Below are positions 1-9,974 of a stretch of 64,000 nucleotides of DNA, piece after piece. The stretch covers positions 608,001 to 672,000 of the forward strand of contig OZ243938.1 of assembly GCA_965214095.1 (NCBI GenBank), given 5' to 3'. Each line of letters starts with the position of its first letter. The first letter of the stretch is position 1. Made by a program: the position numbers and the translations under genes. This DNA is from Candidatus Poribacteria bacterium. GTDB taxonomy: Bacteria > Poribacteria > WGA-4E > WGA-3G. The notes beneath the pieces were generated by a model, which was given only the letters and a program-made list of their open reading frames with translations, had not been told where the DNA came from and searched no databases.

Positions 1-1806
1 TTGCGTGATGTCATTTTCTTGTGCGCGCTGTTCAATGCGAGTTTGTGTAATATTCCGCATAAAACCTGCTGGCACAAGATTCAACCGCTCAATCGCATCA
101 TCTGTCCATTTCAATGAACTTACAAAGTCTTCAGATGGAGTAGAATCTTGGGTTTCGTTTTGTGTTTGTAATGCTTTGAGTTCTGGAGCATCCTCCCGAA
201 CAGCGGCTGCTTCCCCCATACTATCGTCAATGATTTCCATAGCGAAAGCATTTGTGATTGTGTTTATCTTTTGTGACCGAGCAGATTTTTCAATTCGCGC
301 TTTGACATTACGTCGCATATAGCCGCGTGGGACAGTACGTAGTGCTTTCTTTGACTGCTCAGACCATTGCAATCGGATACCGTCGAATGTCTCCACTTCA
401 TCAGCACCACCCTCGTCAATTGCAATGTTATCAAGTGAATCTTTATCAACCATCTGGAAACGTTCTGGTGGTGAACTACAGACAGGACATTTGACAGGTT
501 GTTCGTTGTGGGCAGCGTATCCGCATTCACCGCATATATATGTCTGTACTGCATCTGATTCTAAGACCTTCTGTTCCGCGATTTCCTTCGCAACTCTTGT
601 GAGTTTCTCAGATGCGCGTTGCGGCATAATCGCTTCCATCGCCTTGTCAATAACACTTTCAGTAATAACTGAATGCCCACGCTCAATGGCAAAACGGTGA
701 ACAGCGGTTTTAGCTATACCCCGCACCAAAGGAGGTGCTTTCTCCATGCGATCCATTGCTTCCTGTGTCCAAACAAGGGTTTCTTCAGCTTTTACGTCAA
801 TCTGAGGGAAATAACGTTGGCTTGAAAGCATGATATTACATGGAGCAAGACGTAGGAGATTCTCTGCGGTGCTGCCTATGTCAGAATCTTGTTCATTATG
901 GACACCGATTCTTCCAATAACAAGTAGCCAGGGATTGGTTTTACGAGTGTATTGCAATATTTTTTCGTAGGCTTTTCCATCAAGAAGGGTGATTTTTAGT
1001 TGATAGTCGTGTTCTTCCTTTGCTATTGAACGTGCAACCTCAAGGTGGGATTGGTATATTTTAGCAAGACCGGTATCTATTACCTCTTCGTGTAATTGTT
1101 CCTGCTCTTTGAATCTGAAAGTTCTTGCTGCGCGTTCAGTGAGAACATTCACAACAGAGTTGAAGACGATGTAGTGGAGATAAGGGTCGTAGACACCAAC
1201 TGCTTCCACTTGCCTGTTGAATTTCTGACCGAGTTGTATAGCAGTTTTCAATCCAGAAAAAGACTCTGGACTTCCATCAATTCCAACAAGTATATTTCCA
1301 TTTTGTTGATTAACTGAGTTAAGATCTCTAACAACAAGTGTATCCGTTGTTATCCGACGTACAACACGTTCACAGACTCCACCGATTAGGCTGTCCTTTA
1401 CTGCACCCATACCGAGTGCACCCATAATTACCAAATCGTAATCGCTTTCCTGAATATCCTCAACAAGCTTAATGTAGTGCTTACCTTCAGGCATCTTCGG
1501 TTCAAATGGTATGTTAAGTTTTTCACACTTATGTTTCATTACCTCAAGATATGAATCTGAGATAAGTTGTAGTCCCATAGTAATGAGAGTGTCGTGAATG
1601 CGACGTTGCTTTTCAAGTTCTACTTCGTCCTGATATTCTTCTGGTAAAGTATATTCCATCTGTTTGAAGCGAACATCATGCATTTTCGCTGCATAAACGT
1701 GGGAACCGACCAATTGAGATTCAAATTTCTTTGCGAATTCAACCGCTAAATCAATACTTACATCAGAATAGTCTGAATTATCAACCGGAACATATATTTT
1801 TTTCAT
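1..1806 (-). CDS. Universal stress protein fusion (2x USP + PCP_red-like + rubredoxin-like CxxC..CxxC + 2x PCP_red-like); 3' end runs off the window
   Basis: Absent from the ORF track because no stop is reached. My translation from ATG 1806 gives MKKIYVPVDNSDYS..DLVIMGALGMG (USP), ILVGIDGSPES..LLVIGRIG (USP), WTQEAMDRMEKAPPLVRG (PCP_red-like), YICGECGY..KCPVC, WSEQSKKALRTVPRGYMR and WTDDAIERLNLVPAGFMR. Confidence 0.85.
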   Translation of the reverse strand, partial: MKKIYVPVDNSDYSDVSIDLAVEFAKKFESQLVGSHVYAAKMHDVRFKQMEYTLPEEYQDEVELEKQRRIHDTLITMGLQLISDSYLEVMKHKCEKLNIPFEPKMPEGKHYIKLVEDIQESDYDLVIMGALGMGAVKDSLIGGVCERVVRRITTDTLVVRDLNSVNQQNGNILVGIDGSPESFSGLKTAIQLGQKFNRQVEAVGVYDPYLHYIVFNSVVNVLTERAARTFRFKEQEQLHEEVIDTGLAKIYQSHLEVARSIAKEEHDYQLKITLLDGKAYEKILQYTRKTNPWLLVIGRIGVHNEQDSDIGSTAENLLRLAPCNIMLSSQRYFPQIDVKAEETLVWTQEAMDRMEKAPPLVRGIAKTAVHRFAIERGHSVITESVIDKAMEAIMPQRASEKLTRVAKEIAEQKVLESDAVQTYICGECGYAAHNEQPVKCPVCSSPPERFQMVDKDSLDNIAIDEGGADEVETFDGIRLQWSEQSKKALRTVPRGYMRRNVKARIEKSARSQKINTITNAFAMEIIDDSMGEAAAVREDAPELKALQTQNETQDSTPSEDFVSSLKWTDDAIERLNLVPAGFMRNITQTRIEQRAQENDITQ

Positions 1807-1839
1807 TTCTCTTCTCTCTTCTCATACATAAAAATACGC

Positions 1840-2103
1840 TTATCGCGTCTGAACATTATCACACGGTTTGAAACGAGAACCAACATATCCTCCGACAATA
1901 TGAGCAATCAGAACTGCAGGCCATAAGTAAATCAAAGCGGTTTGCCAATCCCAGTGAAGGATAAAACGTCTGACAAGAATGTTAAGCACAATTGGTATAT
2001 ATAGACACCTGCTCCAAGGACGACTGAATTTTTTGTAACGAACCCGATAAAATCCAAATGGAAAATGAACCAGAAAGGCAATAAAGGAAACTATTAGGTT
2101 CAT
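1840..2103 (-). CDS. Small membrane protein, unknown function
   Basis: 87 aa with three hydrophobic segments; co-oriented and tightly packed in the operon. Confidence 0.6.
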   Translation of the reverse strand: MNLIVSFIAFLVHFPFGFYRVRYKKFSRPWSRCLYIPIVLNILVRRFILHWDWQTALIYLWPAVLIAHIVGGYVGSRFKPCDNVQTR

Positions 2104-2110
2104 AAGAAAT

Positions 2111-2743
2111 CTATTTATGAAGTGTTTTCATATCCTTACGAAGTTTCGTCATTGCTGCTTCACTGTGGCTATCGTAATAACCGTAAATGTCTCCATTTGG
2201 AGCAACGAGAACAAACTTTCTACTATGTGGAAACACACCTTCATGTTGTGCAGCGGCTAATTTAAATCCGTTATTTGCCAATTGATAAATCTGATCCTTC
2301 TCACCAGTCAGAAAATGCCAGGTTTTTTCATCTGCTCCATAACGTTCAGCATAATTCGCAAGCACTTCTGATGTATCACGTTCTGGGTCAACGGTAAAGG
2401 AAACGAAGTTCACATCAGAGGAACTAAACTCTGATTGCAATGTTGCCATCTCTTTTGTCATTATAGGACAAATTGTAGGACAATTGGTAAAAATAAAATC
2501 CGCTACCCAGACTTTACCAGATAAATCAGACAAACTTATTTCGTCTCTCTGTTGGTTCGTCAATGTAAATTCTGGGACACTTGCGATTAGTTTCTCAGAA
2601 TCAGATTCATCTTTATTTTCAAACATTAACCACAAATTGAATAGTGCAATACTGATGATAATTAATCCTAATACAACCCAAGGAAGTGTGGATTTATCAA
2701 GTTTACGCCGCTTGGACTCAAGATTACTTTTCTGATGTTCCAT
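2111..2743 (-). CDS. SCO1/SenC copper chaperone for CuA assembly
   Basis: N-terminal TM; FIFTNCPTICP (CxxxC); SFTVDPERD; conserved His in PHS. Confidence 0.93.
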   Translation of the reverse strand: MEHQKSNLESKRRKLDKSTLPWVVLGLIIISIALFNLWLMFENKDESDSEKLIASVPEFTLTNQQRDEISLSDLSGKVWVADFIFTNCPTICPIMTKEMATLQSEFSSSDVNFVSFTVDPERDTSEVLANYAERYGADEKTWHFLTGEKDQIYQLANNGFKLAAAQHEGVFPHSRKFVLVAPNGDIYGYYDSHSEAAMTKLRKDMKTLHK

Positions 2744-2785
2744 ACTCTTTGTGTCTACTATTGATGGATTGTATTGCTACTTACC

Positions 2786-3124
2786 CTAATTCGGTGTGGT
2801 CTCAACGACCTTTTCAACAGGTTTTTCAATTGCATTGTGACGCGCATCTGTTGTCAAGTCAGGCATTAACATAATAACAAGGAAGACGCAGATGACAAAT
2901 GGTGTAATCACAATTGCAGATAAAGTGCGTTTTTCCAGATTTAGATGCATAAAATACGCAGCGACTAAGAATGCTTTACCGCAAGCCAATCCAATGAGTA
3001 GGATCGCTTTGATAACGGTCGAATACTCAGGTATTGCAACACCAACCTCAATGGCAGTTAACACAGTAAGCCACAAAAAAATAAACCAATACCTTGTATG
3101 TTTATGTTCTCCGTTCTGAGCCAT
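2786..3124 (-). CDS. Cytochrome c oxidase subunit IV (COX4_pro family)
   Basis: LTAIEV..KAFLVAAYFMHL signature; 3 TM segments. Confidence 0.88.
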   Translation of the reverse strand: MAQNGEHKHTRYWFIFLWLTVLTAIEVGVAIPEYSTVIKAILLIGLACGKAFLVAAYFMHLNLEKRTLSAIVITPFVICVFLVIMLMPDLTTDARHNAIEKPVEKVVETTPN

Positions 3125-3134
3125 TAATCTCCTC

Positions 3135-3794
3135 CTATAATAAATAGATAAATGTGAAAACCATGATCCAGATAAGATCTACAAAGTGCCAATAGAGTCC
3201 AACAATTTCTACTTCATGGTTAAATTCAGCAGTATATCTCCCACGCAGACCATGGATCAGGATAACTATCAGATATATTACACCACCAGTTACATGCAAT
3301 CCGTGGAATCCAGTGATAGCATAGAAAGTGGGACCAAACAGAGTAGAACCACTAATTGCAGCACCTGATAGTCCATGGTCTGGAATACCTGTCAAAGTTA
3401 ATCCGTGTTTGATTAGATGTGTCCATTCATACACTTGCAATCCAAGAAAAATAACACCACCTAAAATTGTTAATCCAAGATACATACACATCCGAGAGAC
3501 GTTACCCTTCTGAATTGACTCTAATGATTTAACCATAGTAACACTGCTGCAAATCAACAGAAATGTCATACCAGCGGTCAGATTTATGCCAAGAATCTCA
3601 CTGGGTGTCACCCATCCGACTACGCCTGCTCCAGCTCTGAGTGCTGCATAAGCCGCGAGCAAAGCACCAAATGACATGGTATCGCCAATGAGGAATATCC
3701 ACATGCCGAGTTTGCCAAGACTATCTGGTGTAAGCGATGGTTCGTATACGTCTTCAGTATGTTCTAAAGTGGTAGCTTGTTCCACTATACTCAA
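3135..3794 (-). CDS. Heme-copper oxidase subunit III (paralog 1); start may be GTG 3785
   Basis: KLGMWIFL, LICSSVTM, TGFHGLHV, GLYWHFVDLIW motifs. Confidence 0.92.
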   Translation of the reverse strand: MSIVEQATTLEHTEDVYEPSLTPDSLGKLGMWIFLIGDTMSFGALLAAYAALRAGAGVVGWVTPSEILGINLTAGMTFLLICSSVTMVKSLESIQKGNVSRMCMYLGLTILGGVIFLGLQVYEWTHLIKHGLTLTGIPDHGLSGAAISGSTLFGPTFYAITGFHGLHVTGGVIYLIVILIHGLRGRYTAEFNHEVEIVGLYWHFVDLIWIMVFTFIYLL

Positions 3795-3887
3795 CTCCTT
3801 TATTATTGTTATACCTATTTTATTCTCATATAACTACATATTTCAATTGCAATTATTACCGATTTACTTCTATCAACAATTGCGTAT

Positions 3888-4757
3888 TTATTTTTTTCCT
3901 ATCTGAATTCGATTATTAGCTATGACAGACATTTCTTTGTCAATCTCAAACCCAATGAACTCTCGTCCCTCTTCAAGTGCTGCCCTGCCAGTTGAACCTG
4001 AACCAGCAAATGGATCACATACGATTGATCCTTCCGCAGAAAATATCCTAATGAGATGTCGCAGCAAAGGAACAGGTTTGGCAGCGATATGTCCGAACTT
4101 CTCACGCGGTTTGGGAACAGGAATCACTGTACCGGGAAATCTTTCGTTTTCAAGAACTGGATTAGATACATCAATGAGTCCCGTCTGATGTTGTAACCAA
4201 TTGTCAACGAATGTTCCTTCACGCGGAGATTGCGCTAATATAATCAACTCCATCTGTGGCTTAAGTTGCGGTGTCTTTCTACCACCTAATGCTTGAATAA
4301 TCCTCTCTTTTTCATCATTTGGAAGGTTGCGCTTCCGAACGAAATGGTCTTGTTTAAATGCTTTTGCTTGTCCTTCATATCGCCATGCTAACATATCACG
4401 AATTTCAAAACCGGCATCCTCTATGGCAATAGCTGCACGATGCGATAATCTTGGATGTGAAAAACAGAGAATAAACCCTCCAGGTTTGATTATCCTAAAC
4501 CATTCTTCAGCTATCGGTACCAGAAATCTGTATAGATTTTTACCTTGTTCCTTGTCAAATTTCATACCAACAGGCAGTCCACCAATAACACTTTTCTTTT
4601 GTCTGGATTTAATTTGTTGTTTGTCCCAGTTGTCATCCAATCCATCAAGGAAATAGGGTGGATCTGTTAATATCAGTGAAACAGTATGTGTGGCAATTTT
4701 GGACATCCCATTTCTACAATCAATGCATTCTATCCAAGAGTCGCCACTATTCTTCAT
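3888..4757 (-). CDS. Site-specific N4/N6 DNA methyltransferase, beta class, orphan
   Basis: LILTDPPY (motif IV) precedes H..KP..L and VCDPFAGSGSTG (motif I), then GFEID. Confidence 0.9.
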   Translation of the reverse strand: MKNSGDSWIECIDCRNGMSKIATHTVSLILTDPPYFLDGLDDNWDKQQIKSRQKKSVIGGLPVGMKFDKEQGKNLYRFLVPIAEEWFRIIKPGGFILCFSHPRLSHRAAIAIEDAGFEIRDMLAWRYEGQAKAFKQDHFVRKRNLPNDEKERIIQALGGRKTPQLKPQMELIILAQSPREGTFVDNWLQHQTGLIDVSNPVLENERFPGTVIPVPKPREKFGHIAAKPVPLLRHLIRIFSAEGSIVCDPFAGSGSTGRAALEEGREFIGFEIDKEMSVIANNRIQIGKK

Positions 4758-4983
4758 TATGTTTTATGTCTCTATTTGCGCGTCTATAAGAATAGAAAAC
4801 ACTCCCACCGATGACACCAAACACAGTGAAAGGCATCGCCATCATAAACAGTACACTCCAATTGAATCCGCGTGCAATCGGTTCATCTAAGTTTTTACAT
4901 GCAGGACATGCATCAAGAGAAAGCGGTATAATTGCAACAATGAGTACAGTTATTAGTAAACTCAAGACCATTTTCCGTAACAT
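4747..4983 (-). CDS. Small membrane protein with CPAC motif (cox-operon associated)
   Basis: Likely start is ATG 4983 behind a GAAGGAG RBS (the track extends it to 5052). Signal/TM, then ACPACK, then a second TM. Confidence 0.7.
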   Translation of the reverse strand: MLRKMVLSLLITVLIVAIIPLSLDACPACKNLDEPIARGFNWSVLFMMAMPFTVFGVIGGSVFYSYRRANRDIKHNEE

Positions 4984-4994
4984 TAAAGTCTCCT

Positions 4995-5570
4995 TCAGGC
5001 GAAATACACTAAATAGTAAAGTACAGGCCAAAGTGCAACCACATAAATCCAATAGATAGTACAGGTCTCAACACCTGTGTGATTTTCAGATGAAAACCTT
5101 CCTGTCAACGACATACCAATGACAATTGCTAACCAAATTACTGCTCCTAATACATGAATAGCATGACAACCGATAAGCACATAAAACGTAGCACCATATA
5201 CACCAGATTGAAGCGTCAATCCTTTACCAATTAGTTGAATCCACTCACTACCTTGTATTACGAGAAAAAGCAGTCCTAATGCTCCAGTGAAAAGTAAGTA
5301 ATATCGTAGATACTTCACCTTATCAAGTTGAATTGATCGTAATGCTTGAAACATCGTAAAGCCGCTAATAATCAGAAGTCCAGTATTGATACCTGTTACC
5401 AACCGTGGAAGTTGAATATCAGCATGAGACAATGGAGGCCATGTAACATTCCCCATTCGATATACCAAGAATGTTCCAATCAGTCCTGCAAACAACATCG
5501 TCTCAGCACCCAGGAGTATTAATACTCCTAATTTGGCATTACTAAATGGGCGATTTTCAGCAATTTCCAT
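4995..5570 (-). CDS. Heme-copper oxidase subunit III (paralog 2)
   Basis: LGAETMLFAGL, WPP, INTGLLIISG, GCHAIHV, YWIYV motifs. Confidence 0.9.
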   Translation of the reverse strand: MEIAENRPFSNAKLGVLILLGAETMLFAGLIGTFLVYRMGNVTWPPLSHADIQLPRLVTGINTGLLIISGFTMFQALRSIQLDKVKYLRYYLLFTGALGLLFLVIQGSEWIQLIGKGLTLQSGVYGATFYVLIGCHAIHVLGAVIWLAIVIGMSLTGRFSSENHTGVETCTIYWIYVVALWPVLYYLVYFA

Positions 5571-5584
5571 ACCACGTTATACCA

Positions 5585-5863
5585 TCATCCACGAACTCTG
5601 CGGTACCCTTTTTTTATTAAATTAACGACAAAAGCAATAAGGCCAGTCCTAATAATTATCTCAATAACGGCTGCACCTATAAGAAAAATACCGACCACGG
5701 CTGCGATAATTGTTGTAATTACTGAAACAAGTCTTTTTATGGAAGGTGATGCTTCAAAACCGACTACAAATCCTATCGTAGTAATTGCGAATAAGCCTAA
5801 GAAAATTACACCTAAAATAAGACCAATCTTCAGATTTCCTCTTCTACGTTCACGGTTGTCCAT
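5585..5863 (-). CDS. Small 2-TM membrane protein
   Basis: 92 aa, two hydrophobic helices, operonic spacing. Confidence 0.6.
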   Translation of the reverse strand: MDNRERRRGNLKIGLILGVIFLGLFAITTIGFVVGFEASPSIKRLVSVITTIIAAVVGIFLIGAAVIEIIIRTGLIAFVVNLIKKGYRRVRG

Positions 5864-5874
5864 ATTGACTCCAT

Positions 5875-6807
5875 TTAAAAATGTATCTTATCTATTGCCA
5901 TCGTTATGAATATTAGTGGCAGATACAATAAAGATGCATAAAGCACATATCGTGCGGTTTTGACTGTAGGCCTTTTATCAAAATAGATACCACTTATCAA
6001 AAACATACCACCCACGAGTAGTGCTACCAGAAAATATATTCCACCGGATATATTGAAAAGAGTAGGTAGAAGACCTATACCAAAAAGTGCTATACAGTTG
6101 ATTACAATCTGACGACGTGTGCTCATTCCATCTGGATGTATAACAGGTAATAACTTTAATCCAGCATCTGCGTAATCCTGGCGATAAATAAATGCAATCG
6201 CCAGTGAGTGTGGTAGTTGCCAAAGAAATAGAATAGCGAACAATACACATGCAGAACCTGATATTTTACCCTGTGCTGCTACCCATCCTACAACAGGTGG
6301 TAACGCACCGGGGAACGCTCCAATTAGCGTACACAATGACGTACTACGTTTTAGTGGTGTATAGATAAACAGATAACTTACAACAATTAGAGAAATAATG
6401 AATCCACTCAACGGGTTTACAAAAGTCGTTAGGTATAACATTCCTCCTGTTGTGAGTAAAACACAAAAAATCAGTGCTTCCATTCCATGTATTCTTCCAG
6501 TAGGAAGCGGTCTGTGCTGCGTTCGCGCCATCAACGCATCAATGTCACGTTCAAGGTATTGGTTTAGACCTAACACACCTGCTGCAGTTAACCCCGCACC
6601 AATAATCGTGTGTCCAAATAACATCCAGTTCATTGCCCCTTGTGTGCCGAGATAGAAACCAGCAGCAGTCGTAACAAGAATCATCAATACCAGTCGTGGT
6701 TTGGTAAGTTCAATATAAGCATCAACACGTCTCATTAACACTGAGACTCTTGATGGTTGATCTACTGTATCACTGCCGTTAGGTATGGTTACTGTTGTTG
6801 AACGCAT
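5875..6807 (-). CDS. ctaB: Protoheme IX farnesyltransferase (heme O synthase)
   Basis: ELTKPRL, NQYLERDIDALMARTQHRPLPTGR, YTPLKR, WQLPH motifs. Confidence 0.95.
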   Translation of the reverse strand: MRSTTVTIPNGSDTVDQPSRVSVLMRRVDAYIELTKPRLVLMILVTTAAGFYLGTQGAMNWMLFGHTIIGAGLTAAGVLGLNQYLERDIDALMARTQHRPLPTGRIHGMEALIFCVLLTTGGMLYLTTFVNPLSGFIISLIVVSYLFIYTPLKRSTSLCTLIGAFPGALPPVVGWVAAQGKISGSACVLFAILFLWQLPHSLAIAFIYRQDYADAGLKLLPVIHPDGMSTRRQIVINCIALFGIGLLPTLFNISGGIYFLVALLVGGMFLISGIYFDKRPTVKTARYVLYASLLYLPLIFITMAIDKIHF

Positions 6808-6811
6808 AATG

Positions 6812-7756
6812 TTAATCTCTATCTATGACCGGTGTATTTGTATCAGGAATTTTTATCATCCTTGAAGTGTCTGTCAAACGGAAGATTTTCAATGTAATAA
6901 CAAAACTAATCGCTAACATAAGAGCACCGATAGCAACATGGCCTGTTGTCACAAGGTCCGTAAGTAGTGCTGATACCGTTTCTCCGAAGGCAGTTAGTCT
7001 TGTAATGTAAGCACCAGTTCCCAGCATCAACTGAATTGCAAGTAGACCAAGCAATAGCAGTGGGAATGTTTGTCCAATTTCTTGTGTTTGTACATCTGTA
7101 CTAAAGACGCGTCTGACCAATAAGATGATATGTAGTGTTACCAAGAATGCCAATAACAGATGGGCATCAAGACGGTTTCCAGTATGCCGTAATACTGCGC
7201 CAAAGATAAGCTGAACATATATCAGACACGTTGTTATCAGACTTAACCTTCGTAATTTCTTTGAGAGTATCTCATCAGTCTGTACTTCTGGTTCAATGCT
7301 ATGCCATGCTTGTGAGGTAAATAAACAAATGCCACACAATAATGATAAAAATGCTTGTGCCAGACACGCATGTATTATTGCAAAGTTCAGATTAAGTTCA
7401 GTTACTCTAAGTCCTCCGAGAACACCCTGCACACTGACACCAATGAGAGCAGCAAATCCAAGCCATTTTAACCACTTTCTGGAGTCTTTTATCAATATCA
7501 TAATGAACAAGGCAATCGTTAACAGACCTACAAGAGATCCCATCAAACGATGACTGTGTTCATATAGGATTCCACCTACCATCTCAGAAATCGGATACAG
7601 AAACATGTTGTAACCGAAAGTTGTGGGCCAATCTGGTACAGCTAATCCAGATTCAGTGCTTGTTACTATGCCTCCAATAACAATCAGTAAGAAAGTTGCT
7701 CCTGCCGTAATTATGGCAATTCTATATAACCAGGGACTATATATGGTTTGCTTCAT
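6812..7756 (-). CDS. ctaA: Heme A synthase (COX15/CtaA)
   Basis: SGLAVPDWPTT, YEHSHRL, QGVLGGLRV, HACLAQ motifs. Confidence 0.9.
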   Translation of the reverse strand: MKQTIYSPWLYRIAIITAGATFLLIVIGGIVTSTESGLAVPDWPTTFGYNMFLYPISEMVGGILYEHSHRLMGSLVGLLTIALFIMILIKDSRKWLKWLGFAALIGVSVQGVLGGLRVTELNLNFAIIHACLAQAFLSLLCGICLFTSQAWHSIEPEVQTDEILSKKLRRLSLITTCLIYVQLIFGAVLRHTGNRLDAHLLLAFLVTLHIILLVRRVFSTDVQTQEIGQTFPLLLLGLLAIQLMLGTGAYITRLTAFGETVSALLTDLVTTGHVAIGALMLAISFVITLKIFRLTDTSRMIKIPDTNTPVIDRD

Positions 7757-7807
7757 TTTTTATTTAGCATAACTATCTCATATAACTAATTTTTGTTGCT
7801 TCGTCTA

Positions 7808-7933
7808 TATAGTAAAAACCATAATTATTTACACGCTACGGTAGGTTCGGTTTCCGAACCGGTGTCCCACGGTAGGCGAGGTTTCCTAACCTCGCCGATG
7901 CAGAGTGTTCAAGTAATTTCAAAATCTACTATA
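7808..7933. mobile_element. MITE-like element (TATAGTA..TACTATA ends) carrying GTAG-REP hairpins; chimeric arms
   Basis: Left arm matches the 24560/58591 elements; right arm matches the 11759/54283 elements. Confidence 0.7.
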
Positions 7934-7937
7934 CCAG

Positions 7938-9899
7938 TTAATCTCCTGTACTTGCAGGTGCATGTTCAGGTTGTGCCTGTGGTATCCAATCAGATTCTTC
8001 ACCGGGTACGCTGTATTCATAAGGACCACGATAGACAGTTGGGATCTGTACAAAGTTGCCGTGTGGAACTGGTGTCGGTGCTTCCCATTCCAATGTCGTA
8101 ACATGCCATGGATTCTTTTCAGCGACTTTACCTTTATAGATACTCCAGAAAAAGTTGAAAGCCAATATCAGTTGAACAGCGCCAAGTGTGAAAGCACTCA
8201 TCGTGATGAATATATTCATACCTTCAAATCCGCGTAGATGTTCAGTTAACATTGGATTATCAATACGCCGTCTGTGTAAGCCTACGCCGAGAATGTGCAT
8301 TGGGAAGAAGGTGCAATTAAATGCTATAAAGGTCAACCAAAAGTGAATTTTGCACAACGTGTCATTCATATAACGTCCATACATTTTGGGGAACCAGAAG
8401 ATAATTCCACCGAAGATTGCAAACAGACTACCACCAAATACTACATAATGAATATGTGCCACAATAAAGTATGTATCGTGTATAGCAATATCAACGGGTG
8501 TGTTTGCCATATAAATCCCACTAAGTCCACCAATTACAAACATAGATACGAATGCAATCGCATGGAGCATCGGTGTTGTAAATCGTATTGATCCACGGAA
8601 CATAGTACCAAGCCAATTAAATGTTTTTATAGCAGACGGCACAGCAATCAACATTGTAGTCGTCATGAAGAATGCACCCATTCCCGGACGCATTCCACTT
8701 TGGAACATGTGATGTCCCCAGACAATCCATCCCAAGAACGCAATTGCGATCATAGCATAGACCATTGAACGATATCCGAATACCGGTTTACGTGAAAAAA
8801 CAGGAATTAATTCAGAAGCAATACCCATTCCCGGTAATATAAGGACATAGACTTCGGGGTGTCCAAAGAACCAGAACAAGTGCTGCCATAGTAACGGGTC
8901 GCCACCACCTTCAGGTGTTGCCGAGAAGAATGTTGTTCCAGCGAGTCGATCAAAAATGAGAAGTGCTAAAGCAGAGGATAGGACTGGGAAAGCGAGAAGT
9001 AGGAGGATAGCAACGATGAAAAGTGCCCAGATAACGAGCGGAAGTCTGAAGAAAGTCATTCCTGGCGCACGCATGTTGATGATGGTTGTAATATAGTTAA
9101 TTGAACCAACAAGTGATGAAAAACCTTGTATTAATAGACTAATCGCCCATAAGTTCATTCCCCAACCCACACCTGTCCAAGCAGGATCAACCGATAACGG
9201 CGCGTATCCTGTCCATCCAGCAGAAGCATGACCTCCCGGCACGAAAAATCCGGAGACCATTACAACAGCTGCAAGAACTGCTAGCCAGAAAGAGAGCATG
9301 TTAAGAACTGGGAATGCCATGTCCCGCGTACCGATCATGAGTGGAATCAGGAAATTACCGAATGCCCCCACTAAAATTGGTACAACTACGAAAAACACCA
9401 TGACAGTCGCATGCATGGTGAATAGCATGTTATAGAATTCACCAGTCATGACCCCGCCCGGAATATATTGTTCAACCCATTCAGTTTCTTCGGATTCAAA
9501 GATACTCAACCACCAATTATCTGCCCAGGTCTTTGGTTCACCTGTTTCCTGAAATTCATCAGATACACCGATAATTGGGAACGGTTTCGCACCACGTCCT
9601 GGTTGTCCTTCAAGTTCCGGTATTTCAGGATATGCCAGTTGCCACCTAAATAGCATCGCAAGACCACCACCAAGAAATAGCATTATTAACCCGTAAACCA
9701 GGAACTGTTTGCCAATCATCTTGTGGTCAAGTGAAAAGATATATTTTCTTAGAAAACCTTCTTCATGATGATGTGCATGTGCATCGTCGTGGTCACCATT
9801 ATGCTCAGGTGCGTGTTCAACTGCATCATGATCTTCATGTGCAGCATCATGACCTTCATCATTGTCGTGTTCATGTGATTTATTATCGTTTTCCTGCAT
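7938..9899 (-). CDS. ctaD: Cytochrome c oxidase subunit I, A1 type, with His/acidic-rich N-terminal tail
   Basis: DHKMIG, TMHATVM, WFFGHPEVY (A1 motif), WGHHMF, HDTYFIVAHIHY. Confidence 0.97.
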   Translation of the reverse strand: MQENDNKSHEHDNDEGHDAAHEDHDAVEHAPEHNGDHDDAHAHHHEEGFLRKYIFSLDHKMIGKQFLVYGLIMLFLGGGLAMLFRWQLAYPEIPELEGQPGRGAKPFPIIGVSDEFQETGEPKTWADNWWLSIFESEETEWVEQYIPGGVMTGEFYNMLFTMHATVMVFFVVVPILVGAFGNFLIPLMIGTRDMAFPVLNMLSFWLAVLAAVVMVSGFFVPGGHASAGWTGYAPLSVDPAWTGVGWGMNLWAISLLIQGFSSLVGSINYITTIINMRAPGMTFFRLPLVIWALFIVAILLLLAFPVLSSALALLIFDRLAGTTFFSATPEGGGDPLLWQHLFWFFGHPEVYVLILPGMGIASELIPVFSRKPVFGYRSMVYAMIAIAFLGWIVWGHHMFQSGMRPGMGAFFMTTTMLIAVPSAIKTFNWLGTMFRGSIRFTTPMLHAIAFVSMFVIGGLSGIYMANTPVDIAIHDTYFIVAHIHYVVFGGSLFAIFGGIIFWFPKMYGRYMNDTLCKIHFWLTFIAFNCTFFPMHILGVGLHRRRIDNPMLTEHLRGFEGMNIFITMSAFTLGAVQLILAFNFFWSIYKGKVAEKNPWHVTTLEWEAPTPVPHGNFVQIPTVYRGPYEYSVPGEESDWIPQAQPEHAPASTGD

Positions 9900-9974
9900 T
9901 GTTTTATTTGCTCCTTTTGAGATCGTAAACGAGGTGTGTAAGTCGTTGAATAAGGATATATATCTATTCTAAGC

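Noticed and set aside
5-1317. Short ORFs 5..322, 264..554, 425..700 and 1096..1317 in the track
   Set aside because: Shadow frames of the long minus-strand USP fusion that is open from 1806 to the window edge.
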